Below are positions 38,364-50,161 of a stretch of DNA of 64,000 nucleotides, one piece after another; position 1 is the first letter of the stretch; each line of letters begins with the position of its first letter. Origin of the DNA: Vermamoeba vermiformis (taxonomy: Eukaryota); NCBI GenBank assembly GCA_045837725.1, contig JBEWZL010000066.1, positions 248,001 to 312,000 on the forward strand, written 5' to 3'. The notes beneath the pieces are model-generated. The model was not told where the DNA came from. It saw only the letters and a program-made list of their open reading frames with translations, and did not search any database. Both the position numbers and the translations under genes were made by a program.

Positions 38364-40611
38364 TTATTTTCCAGTCGCAGTGAACTCGAACTTGACCATG
38401 TAACTGATCACGACCTGATCTGGATGATACACAATGTACTCGTTGTACAACAGATCGGTGTCTTTGCCGTGCTCCAGACCTGTGTCCGTGCAGGGACCGA
38501 CTGGCACTTTGACACTCAAATCGACTGTCTTGTTCTTGGCCGAAGGACTCTCAATCTCCACTGCATTCTCTTTCTCAGGGCCGGTGGCACCAGCACCGAG
38601 CACACTCTGGTACTTGGGATCGAGCTTTGTGACGTACTTGGCAGCTGTCAACTCCCAGCACTTGCCGAGGGCGACTTCACAGAGCAGTAAGATACCAGTG
38701 TGATCAACACTCTCGTCGTCTTCATCGGGCACTTTCTTCTTCTTGAAGTCCACGTGACAGTAGTTGGCAGACTTGCTCACCATGTCCGCAAAGTACAGAC
38801 CCTTGCCAAACATGTAACCAGTTGACGGGGCCTCAGGTGGTGCAATACGCAGACCTTGACTGAGAATACCGACGTAATTGGACACACGTGATCCGTGCCA
38901 CAAGAGCTGCGTGTTGGTCTCTGCCTTCTTTTCACCATCGCCTTCAAACAGCTCTTCGCAGTGCTTGACAAACTTCTTGCGCTCGTTCTCGCGCTCAATT
39001 TCAAACACATCGAGTACCTTGAGCGTGTACTTGTCGTGCGTTGACGCGTGTGTGGTTTTGACGTACTTTTCAATAACTTTGAACTTGTCGGTCTTCTTGT
39101 CGAGTGGTGTAATGGTCGTTTTAAGTGTTCTGTACCGAGCATCAGTGGGGTGCATGGGCTCTTGTTTCTCTTCACTTTCAGTCTCCAACTTGTTGGCAAT
39201 CTCGATGTCCGTCAAAGTCTCGAGCATTTGCAGCTTTTCTTTCAACATGTTGGTGCTGTTGATGACTGGTGGGGTCTTCATGCCGTAGTTGTGCGGGATC
39301 AGTGTGTAGAACTCACTGCTCAGTTGTTTCAAATCACCAGAACCGCTCTTCAGCGCTGATTCGATCTTCTTCAAGGTCGCGTAACCCTTGTCCAAAGTGC
39401 TCTTCTTCAACTTGCCTAAAGGCATCTTCTTGACGTCGTAGTTCATCTTCTCCATTTGCGAAATCATCGTAGTTCTGTTGAAGATCAATTCGATCAACTT
39501 CTTCACTTTGGTGTCCAGCTTCGAGGGTACACTAGCATCGATCAGACTCTTCTTCTTGGGCTTGTCTTCATCTTCCTCTTCTTCGCTCTCATCGCCGTGA
39601 TCAATGTCAATCATGGTGTACTTGCCAGCCTTGGACACGAATTTGGCTCTGTTGCTCCATGAATTGCCTGTCTTTTCAGAGAATCTGCGCAGTGGTAAGT
39701 AATGGAAGGATATTAATAGCGACCAATACGTACTTGGACTCAAACACGCCCATAGCATTCTTCAGTGACCCTCCGGAGGCTGTCAAACTCGACTGACCCT
39801 TGGCACCGACTACCATGCCGCGTTAATGACTAGACAAAAGCACACTACTGCAGCTTACCTCTGCCCCAGCGCATCCAGACCCAATACTGCTTCTTGTCAT
39901 TGGACTCGACTAACTGCAACATGTAAAACTTGTTGTTGTTGTTGCCGATGTTAGTTTGATTCAACATGCACGACCACACGTCATCGCCGTCAACGTAAAT
40001 ATGACCGCGAGAAGCGATTGAGCACTGCGAGTCGACGGGCAATAGTTTTTTGTCGGTCTTCTGCTTCTTCTTTTGTGGCTTTTCTTCTTCTGACTCCTCG
40101 TTTGACTCGCGCTTGCGTTTCTTGCTGGATGTACTCTCCTCTTCATCGTCGTTATTATTGTTCTTCTTGGCGAGTGGTTTTTTTGCTACTGTTTTGGCAT
40201 TGTTATTGTTGCCCTTTGACTCCATTTCATCGTCGTCTATCAGATCTGCATCTGTAATTTTGTTTTTCTTAGTTTTAATAGCCGTGTGGAAGTAATCTTC
40301 TCTAATTAATTTGCATCCGTGCTTATACGCTAGTTCAACTGCGCCTGAAGTGTCTTTAGTGTCGCAAACAACGTGCGTCACCTTTACAAGAAAAAAAGAT
40401 TATTATTCTATTTTATTATTGTTAAAGGCAATTTGCATGCGTTTTGCGATCATAAATATTTAATAATACTCACCCTGGAATTAATATTAACGACAACTAA
40501 AGCACCATGATCGGAAAGCAGTTGACCAAGATCTTTCGATTCCATCGTAAAGGTGGAACCAGGAGACAGATAAACTACCATCTCATCGAATAAGGGCTTA
40601 TTCTTTGCCAT
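38364..40611 (-). CDS. Poly(ADP-ribose) polymerase, BRCT-WGR-regulatory-catalytic architecture
   Basis: BRCT-like THVVC; WGR domain NNNKFYMLQL..WMRWGR; KMPLGKL; LWHGS; GYMFGKGLYFAD; LLYNEYIVY. H-Y-E triad intact. Confidence 0.93.
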
Positions 40612-40981
40612 AGTTGCTTGCTGTTGTTCGCGTTGAGAGCTGGGAAAAAGTGCGCGAATTTTTGCCGCCGATTTTTTTACGAGCCGTTTTGTCATAACAT
40701 ACTTGACCTTGGCCAAAGTACCACGATACTAATTGTAAGCGATTAATCGAAGCCATGACTATACTTCTAGAACACAATTTACCCGTTCGTGTTTATCGGC
40801 GATTTTATGTGCAGGAATCCACCATTTACCAATTCACAACATCTATTAATTAGGCTAGTTAAAGGCATTTAATTGCGTAACGAATTTATAATTTTAGTGT
40901 TGATAGCTCACATTACAAAGGGTGAAGACGCTTAATTAATTATTTATTTAAAGGAGCAGAAGACAGTAGATTTGGCTTGGC

Positions 40982-41662
40982 TCGAGTATGAGTAAAGAAG
41001 AGGCGATGCAAAAATATTTAGAAAATCTAATGTTCCTTGCTAAACAATTACCCAACTCAAAAGAAAAGAGCGACTTCTTAGGTACATAATTACAGCGTCT
41101 TCATCAAATCATTCCATTCTAATTAGCTATTTATCCAGAATTCGTTCAATCATCTCCAAGCACATCAGCTAGCAGTACGCCCAATGTAACGCCAATTAAA
41201 AAATCAAAGAAGAGAGTATCTTTCGCTGATCAACCAGATTTTCAACCTACCAGCCTTGATTTTGACTCAGAAGATGAACAAGATAACGATCATACAGACG
41301 AGCAAGATAATAATACACAACACGATGCTCCACAAAGCTCTGTATCAATAGTAGTCACATCCAGTGATCCTCCATCTCCGCAAGTCAAACAACCACAGCC
41401 ACCGAGTGCGGAGATCTCAACAGAGCAATATGATATTAAAGAAATCAAAGCAGCACTCGACACCTTAGAGCGACAGTTGCAAGTCAATTCAGCCACACAA
41501 ACAGCGCTATTAAAACAAATACTGCAGTCTCAAGTGCAACTCGATCAGAAAATTCGTTCGAGCTCGAGCAGCAGCTGGTTCACCACAACACTACTAGTGG
41601 CTTGGCCTGTAGCGGTCTTGGGGGCCTACCACTTCTTATTCCAAAAACGACCGAAAGTGTAA
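40982..41662 (+). CDS. Tail-anchored coiled-coil protein, ACBD4/5-like; 5' structure unresolved
   Basis: MSKEEAMQKYL (like the last ACB helix), KKRVSF (RVxF), acidic linker, coiled coil, C-terminal TM LLVAWPVAVLGAYHFLF-QKRPKV. Confidence 0.4.
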
Positions 41663-42169
41663 ATAGTATCGTATAAAAGTTAAGAACCTTCCCCAAGCCT
41701 GCTCCAGAAATAACCGCAAAGATCAGCGCAATATACTTGGGTTTAGCATTATCTGGCACCGCTGAGATTTGGTCGCACCTTAAAAGGAAATCGAAAAGAA
41801 ATTAATCCACAAAATTTAATAACGCTCAAAGAACTGCTAGATCATGGTGCGATCAATCATACGCTTGCGGTCTGGATAGTACTGCGTTTGGTCTTTGATT
41901 TCCGAACAGAATGGCAACACGTGTATTGCTGTGTGTTGACACGCCAGTTTTAGCCAGATTGGGTAAAATTGCGGAAACGTGCCCGGCGACTGCAATGGGA
42001 CATGGCTGAATTATAAGATATCTGGTTCGTTATCCATCTTAAAGGGCTTCATTCAAAACGTGCTTGGGGCTGCGTATGCAAAATAATTTTCACCTTCTAA
42101 ATTTGGTAAAGTCCCGAAGAAAACTGACTGACAAAAAAATCAATCATTCCAACAATAGTTCGCGCAAGG

Positions 42170-45100
42170 ATGACCACAAAGCTCGACTCGGTGACCTCTA
42201 AAGAGGAACTGGCCCAAGTAAGAACACCGTTACAATTCACTTCTGGGATCAATCCGAACCATTTAACATTTGAATAGCCAAAGCTCTTCTTCTTTAGCAC
42301 TGACAACTCACTTGTGTAGGAACTTCTCAAGAGCTTCGATGCCGCCCAGGATTATTTGAGCAGCGTTAGCAAGGTAGGAAGCTGGGACGATCGGGAAATT
42401 TTTGCAATGATTAATCCTTCACACTTTCATTGTACATAATACTCCTGGTAACCAGTCTAACTTATCAACGCAGAACCAAGAAGCGGTAGAATCATTTTGC
42501 AGTTTTTACTACGCGAGCAACAAGCTCCGGTCTCTCCTATCGTTTGGCATCAAATACGAAATTAATAGCACCAGTAAGTAATACAGTATTAAATTAATGC
42601 ATATCGCGCCAGTAAATTAAACCCTTTACGGCTTTCTTGGCTATCTAACTTGCAGAACTATCAACGAAATTCGGGATCGTACACATTAAATTCGCACTGA
42701 CGTTTGTGTTATTCAATCAGGCGAAATCGAAGAGCTCTTCCGAAGGACTAGCATTGCTACGCATATTTTAGCCTTGTACTCAACAACCGAATCATCAAAA
42801 CGTTTTTTCAACGCAACTGTCGTTCCTACGCTCATCCGCGTCCTCGAAACAGATGCAGCTCTTTTGATGGTATGAAAGTTGATACTGATACTCATTGCGG
42901 AATGTTACCGCCACCGCAACGACGGAGGTTGGTGCGGTGCCATACTAAATTTAACTCAGGGCTTTATTTAGAGCTGTCCGTTCATTAACGGAATAAGCTT
43001 TTATTTAGTCATGTCCAATTGACAGGGCACCCCTGATTCGCTACCTCGACTAATACTTGTTGTACAGTTGGAACCCTCGGCATCTATTTCCGTAGCTTCC
43101 GAATCACTAGATCAAGCATGCGATTTATTGCTCCGATTTACCAGCGAGTTGTTGAACAGAGTTGAACAAGAATATCAGAAATGCCCACTGTAAGTCAATG
43201 TGTACTTACTGAATGTTAGAATATCTTTGAACGGAATTAATACCGGTTGTTCAGCGCAATTCGCGAAGCAGTGGCTATGATTCAACAGCACACACTCGGC
43301 AAATTCCCGTCGCTGAAGTGTATTGGTACTTCAGTGTTGTTTTTACGCTATATTGGACCATGTCTTATGCAACCGCAACTCTTTGGCTTGGAAGGTATGA
43401 AATTGTAACACGTACACTATGTAGATCGTGGATCTTTTTTCTGATTTTCTGAAAGTAGTTGGTCGCGCTATTTCAAATGACCACCTGAAGGCTTTAATCA
43501 ACATATCGAAGATGCTACAAACCATCTCCAACGGCATTGTAAAGAACACCGTAACGACGTACGCCGCTCATGACACCAAGATCAAAAAATTCGTTGAAAG
43601 CAAGTTAGAGCAAATGACACTAATAGGCAATAAGATAATGAACGAAGGAGAGATTGAAACTCTTAGAGCATTGATTGACACCGATAACGTCTTACTTCCT
43701 GCATACGCAGATCAGATCAAGGAGGAATCGCTCTCCAAGTTGTACGATGCACTCATACAGAGCAGACCCACTATTGTGCGTTCGAGCTCTGATTCCCAAT
43801 GGGTAAGTTCAAATTCAGACATTGCCAGAATTTCACGTGAGATTGGATCTCCAACGTTGGAGGCACTGTTGGCATTCGCTAATATCGCAAGGGAACCAAT
43901 CCTGACACTTTGTTTTGTAGCAAACTGCTCGCAGCCCAAGCAATGGCAGCATTGTGCGCTCATCTACTGCACTGTGCTCAACAGCAAGAAGTTTTCCGAA
44001 AAGCGTATCGTAAGGACTCGCGAGTGCCACATAGTCAGTTCTAACTAGTGTTTCCCACAGAGTAAAACCAAGGGCCCGATGTCGCATGAGAAGGATTTAA
44101 CACTCAACTTCCTTCAAACTATCGGAAAAGCTTTACGCCGACAAAGTTCTTCCCTTGGCAAATCCGAAGATTCCATTTTAGGTAAATTTTTGAATTGCAG
44201 TTTTGAAATTGAATCGGATTCTAATCCTGCTATTTTTAGACACATTCAAAATCGGTTTGGATGTGCTCTTGAATATGTGCGAAGTACAATCTGAGAGCGC
44301 GTTCAAAGAAGAAGATCTGTTGGTCTCGCCTTCAATTAACGAACTCGGTCCTTTATTTTCATCGATGAAAAATAATGTCAACAACACTGTGCAGTTCTCG
44401 CCGCTGTTTTCAGTCACTGCACCACGCAAGATTCGCTTCTCCAAGCAGGCCCTGCGATTGCTATTGGTTGTTGGTGTGTTGACTACTCTGAATGCCAACT
44501 CAGGCACTAGTGTTTACGTTACAGTTCAAAGGCAAGTTTCGAGAGATTTCCATTGAAAACGTGATTACCTAACCCCGTCAACAGTACCAAAGAACGCGAA
44601 GACAGTTCAGACTCAGCCGAAGACCAGTGCGAAGTCAAGTTGTCGCTTCAATTCACCGACTCGAGACCTGCCAATCTCGACGCCGATGTCTTTGTCGGTC
44701 TTAGTCCTTCGAAGCGACTGACTGAGATTCATAGTGGATGCATCGCACCCATTGCGAACTTACTCGATGACTATCACATCGAGTCTCGTTTCTACGACTA
44801 CAACGGTTCCACTGCCCTCTCATTTGTTATTCCTACGATGGACATTCGTTCATTAATTGACCCTGTCGAGAAGAAAACAATGTTGGATCAATTGATGGCC
44901 AAATCTCCTACTACATGGACTTCAACTGATGTGTTTCACTACTTGGAGTGCCACGGTCTCGGTGCTTATGGCAGTTCATTTGTCAGCAACTCAATTTCTG
45001 GCCCTGAATTATTGCGTCTTGAAGCCGATGATCTTCGTGAAATTGGCGTGAAGAAATTGGGTCCTTTGAAGAAGATCTTGTCACTCATTGCCTCTTTGGC

Positions 45101-46079
45101 GCCTAACAAGAGCAACGACGCTGGGGAGGAACGTCCTGCTGCTCAAATCCAGACTTGTAAGTCGAGCTGATGATTGCTAGCTAAGGTAGTTACTAACCTT
45201 ATTAACTCGATAGACCCAATCAAATGTTTTTACGGGGAGGAGATTCGCGTCGTCAAGTTGTCTACGGACTTGACACTTAGTCAAATTCAAGAAAAGCTTC
45301 GCTCTCTGTTCTCAGAAAACATTCGAATTAAGTTTAAGGACAGCGACGACGACTTGGTGAAGCTCAGCGAGACAAGCTTTGAGCATTTCCGCGAGACTGT
45401 GCAGAACGCCCTCAAGACTCAGCAAAGCGTTGCCGTCCACATCACCGAATCTCGTTCTCGTGCTAGCTCACGAGCTTCCAAGTCTCTCCCTGACAACCTC
45501 CTACAAACTGAAGACCCCGAAGAAGCTCTCATCATTACTACCAAGCAAGGATCCGTGCAGTACATGAATGATGTAGCCAGTGCCTTGCTCGGAGTGAGCA
45601 GTCGTCGCTACGATCGATTTGTGTTCACCAACTACTTCTCTCACAGCTTTGAACAGCTGCAGCAAATGTACAGCGACTTCATTCACGAGAACCCTGCGCT
45701 CGAGTTTTTGGTCGTTCAAGACAGCGTTGCAGCAAAGACTGGCTTTGAGACCATTGTTATGAACGTGTCAACAGTTGCCTTGCCGAAAAGCAAGATTGCC
45801 TACCGATTCTCATTCAAGACCACAAAAGATGCCGGAAGCGAAAGCGTTTCGACCCTTCAGCAAATCCGTGAGAAGATCACGAAAGAGAAGCACCCAGTCA
45901 TCTTGTTTGATGACTCCTACAAGGTGCAAGCGTTTAACAAGAGTGCCATGGATACCTTTGGCTACAAGCTCCACGAGATAGTGGGCAAGGACGTTTCCAT
46001 CTTGTTCCCTCACACCCCACTAGAGGAGATCGTCCGTCAAACCCGCTCTCACCCCTCGCTCCGTGATTTCGCAGGATAA
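42170..46079 (+). CDS. Multidomain signalling protein: RasGAP, degenerate HATPase-like region, SAM, PB1 and two PAS domains
   Basis: RasGAP: ELFRRTS (~42735), LFLRYIGPCLMQP (~43340), LINISKMLQTISNG. SAM: WTSTDVFHYL..GL..Y...ISGPELLRL..DDLREIGVKKLG. PB1: IKCFYGEEIR..IKFKDSDDDLV. PAS: FNKSAMDTFGY..EIVGKDVSILFP. Confidence 0.75.
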
Positions 46080-46845
46080 GAACGGAGGTTTATTGAATTT
46101 GTCAATGACCACAAGCTCGTTGGTCGATGGCAGCACGAAGTATTACTCGGTTGTATTCTCCAACTAATTTATGTATTCATAATGTACATTTTGTAAATAA
46201 CGTTTGTATTTGTAAAGTAAATTTCTAGTGCCTGAATGTTAGACAATCCCGAGGAATTCGTTTGTTCGCGAATTGTAACTCACAAGGTGTATTGGTGCCA
46301 CCCGCAGGCCGATTGCAGTTCAATTTACGAAAAGGTCAACCTGTTCATGAATGAAATGCCCTGCAATCAATTGTCCGAAAAAATCACCTAAAAGCAGAGG
46401 TATTTCTTGAAATGCTGGCTTAATATGACGCCAGGGATTTCACTTGCGAACGTGTTGCGAATCAATAATTCTCGGAGGATTGCGTCATTCGGACGATAAA
46501 TGCACGCGCTAAATGCACTTACGGAGATATTGCCCAAATGAAGGGAATAAATTCCGGAGATAAAGAAAATTGTCCGAAAAATTGACCAATCATGTAATGC
46601 CAGCTCAGATTTCTGTAGATTTCAGGTCAGTATTTTCCTCTTTCGTCATCGTTCCCCTCTTGGCAGTCATTATTCTCGTTTTTCTTAACTAAAAAACACT
46701 GCTCTACCTATAATTTTTTTCTCTCCCTAAGATCTTCAAGCGTGCGCTCTTTCAAGGTATTAGGATCTAGATAACAAACGTTTATGTAATCAAAAGTTAA
46801 TGTTTCGTTTTTCATGCGACCAGGCGTATTTATATGTAGCTTTGG

Positions 46846-49622
46846 ATGTCTAATAATGAAGCACAACCCAATTCTGAGGCAGTAAAAACAATTGCTAGTT
46901 TGCCGGATCAGACCCGTCAAACGGCTAAAAATGGACAATGTTCTCAATGCAACCGCGAGTTTAATACAGAGGATAACTTAAAAGAACATTTGCAATCTTG
47001 TCACAAAGAAAATGGTGATAATATGTCTACGTCCATGGCCTCAAATAGTGATTTAGCAATGTCGAATGATTCGCCAAAACAAAGTTCAAGCGAGACAACA
47101 AATAACTCAAGAAATGATACAAATAGTGATAGTAGTAACGCGTCTATGAATAATAAGGCACGGACTATTTCCCCGATGGAAAGCGCCGAATCTGGGGACG
47201 AATCTGATAATTCGGAGTTTATCACCAGTCCAAACGAAAACAAAAAACGAAAACGAGAGGACGACGAAGCATCTGATATAGCAAGAGCGTATAAATTACG
47301 TAAAAAATCAATGTCCATGAAAGAAGGGCTTTTCAGTTTGTTGAATCAAACTCATCCTGATGTCGATTTTACTGGTGATGCAATTATAAGCTGGCTACCC
47401 GACGGTAAAAGGTAATCTTTATAGGCAAATTATTGTATACCTTCATTCTTACATTCTTAATTTACAGTTTTGTAATCCACAACTGGGACAGATTTGTCAA
47501 CACCATGAATCGAATATGCGGTCAGACCTTCAAAGCTTTGGCCTCTAATCTCAGCAAATTTGGGTTCGTAAGACAGAAGAACAAAGAACAAAATCTGCTT
47601 CAAAGACACTACTTGTGCCCCGTTGGATTCGAGCGCGGGGGCTCTAACGTAGATCTTAAGAAAATAACGTCCAAGAACAAGCTAGGAAGTTCTGTACCCT
47701 ATCCCTTTGAAGCTCAAGGTATTTAGTCCTATACTTAATCTTGGGAAGAAACACAAATCGCAATTGACCGTTTTCTGTGTTTGGTGCACACACCGAGTTT
47801 TTTCGATATTTTTTCATCTAAATTTTAATAGTCCGAATACGGAGATATTTACTCGCAATAGCGCGATTTGCCATGACGACTAACTTTCTATCGCCAGTGC
47901 CAGCAGGTGCATTTAATCCCGCTCTCTTGGCGAATCCACTGTTGTATAAAGTTCAAGCCCCTCCTCCCATGATACCTCAAGCTACCGTAATTGAGCCCAA
48001 TGGCTTTGTTCCCAAAGACCTTACCATAGTCAATCAGCCTTTGTCCCCGACATTGCCCGTCAAACAACAGCACCCGATGCACTTCAACCACCAAGTTAAT
48101 TCTCAACTTCCCGCGAATAATGGTCCTTTGCCTGGAGCTCTTACTCTTAACAATAACATGAATTCAAACAATACATTGCAGTCATCACGCGATGAATTGC
48201 CTTGGCCAAAATTAATTGTAAGCATTTCCGCATCTGTTATTTCAAGATTAATAATTTATAATTTTAGTCGCTCGATAATAAGCCCACACGCGTCTTCACC
48301 GGACCGTTCGATAAGCGCGACGAGAACTTTAGGATTAACATCTTCGCACTGCTAACGAAGAAGAGCACTCCTGCCTGTCCTGAAGTCGCATTTTCACCCT
48401 TGATCCAAGAGAACTGTGGCGACTTATACTTGACACGGCTACGCGGCGTGCCTCCCGACGGTTTAGATTGGCCAACGACACCTCATACACGTGTTATTTA
48501 CCGCACTCAGACTGGTCGGCTGCAGGTTGGAGGTTCTAACCAAGCCCTTCAAGATGGCAATGTGGCAGTGATGCGTCGACACGTGTGGAAGAGTCTGTGC
48601 AATCGCTTCAAACGTCACGAGTATGTGTTGATCGATGGACAACAAAAGAACAAGTACTGGAATGTCAAAGATGAGAGTCCAGTGCTCTATTGCTACTTTC
48701 GCGTGTCTGATGAAGAAGGCAATGCTCCAACTCTCCCAGCTCATGTGCCTAAACTAGAGCGCACGCCAGTGATGAATGGACACGACCCTGAGATGATTCA
48801 TTATCGTGTGGATCACAACAACATGCCTACCATGACCAACTCCTACCGCTCTCCGATGCCCGTGCCTAACGCAGCGCCATACGACACTAAGATGATGGAC
48901 CTCGATTCAATTGCTGAGGCCTCGATGAAGATGTCACAAAGCCCCTTGCCCACGAGCCCTGCTCCTCGTCGTGCTGACATTCCGCATCCGCCCAACAATG
49001 TCGTGCACAACGGACCACAAGTCAACACAACAGTAGTGAATGGTCCAGTGATCAATGGCGGTTATCCACACCCAACTAGTCCAACGCCTATGATGGGAGC
49101 AAGTCCGCAACCCACTTCATATCCTCCGAACCAAGCTCCTAAAACATTCACCCTGCCATTCCCTGGTTCAAAAGATCCTCTGCCAATCAACCATCAAATG
49201 AACGGCAACACTAACGGTGCTATTCTCGGCGCTAACGAAGTTTCAAATTTGTTAGCGATGATTGAGAATTTGAAACAACAGGTTTGTAGCAATATTGGCT
49301 TAGGAAAGCTTTACTAATCCATTTGGTGCAGCTCAAGGCAATGGAAGTAATCAAGGAGAATCAGCGCATCAACTACGAGAAGCAAGTCTTCGATCTGACA
49401 CTTGAGAACCAAAATCTCAAAAAGCAGCTCGATATGATTAACTCCAAGATGGCTCAAGCCCTTAACGGCTTCAACAATGCGCCAATGATCGACGGGATGG
49501 TTCCTCCGCGAGGGTTCAATCCAGCGATTCTAGCCGCACTCCAACAAACCGCTAATATGGCTCATAACGGCGGTATAAACGGAGCGAGCTCACCCGCGCA
49601 ACCGCGCTCAAACCAACAATAA
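46846..49622 (+). CDS. Transcription factor: C2H2 finger, HSF-type DNA-binding domain, uncharacterised domain and coiled coil
   Basis: CSQCNREFNTEDNLKEHLQSCH; IISWLPDGK|FVIHNWDRF...FKALASNLSKFGF. An in-frame splice at ~47719 links to the 47873 and 48400 ORFs. Confidence 0.7.
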
Positions 49623-50161
49623 TTAATTATCCTCTCAGCCTTCACTTCGCTACACTCGACTTCAACGCACTACAGCTCGTTCTCATAAGGACTCAATTTT
49701 GCAAGTTCATTAACTGTGTATATAACACTCCCCAACCTAACAATAGGGTCCGCATGAAATAACGAATCTGATCGATGAAAAATACGAATACTTCTGCGAA
49801 TGATTGTCTACGAATAATCTACTCGCATCATGTAAGATATGTACATAGTTCAGTAAATGTTAATTTTCGGCAATGTTGAAGTTGGGATTCAAACCTGAAG
49901 TCTTCGCGCTTTAGCAACTTCCGCTTACTTCTTTATACGGACGATAAATGCTCTATATTGAGTATTTGCTAACATTGTTTTGGAAAATCTCGTGTGCTCG
50001 TGATATTGCAAACAACATGAAAATGCGGGTGATTTGATTCGTTGTTTATTTTGGCATTTAATCCTCGTCAAGGCCAACAAGCTACGGCATATTATAGTAT
50101 CATTATTTTCTGGCAGACGAAAGAAATATAAATACAGCGAGATCCGATCAAACCAAAACAG

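Noticed and set aside
41670-42110. Possible small minus-strand gene
   Set aside because: Intron-like signals are present but I could not build a consistent, recognisable ORF.
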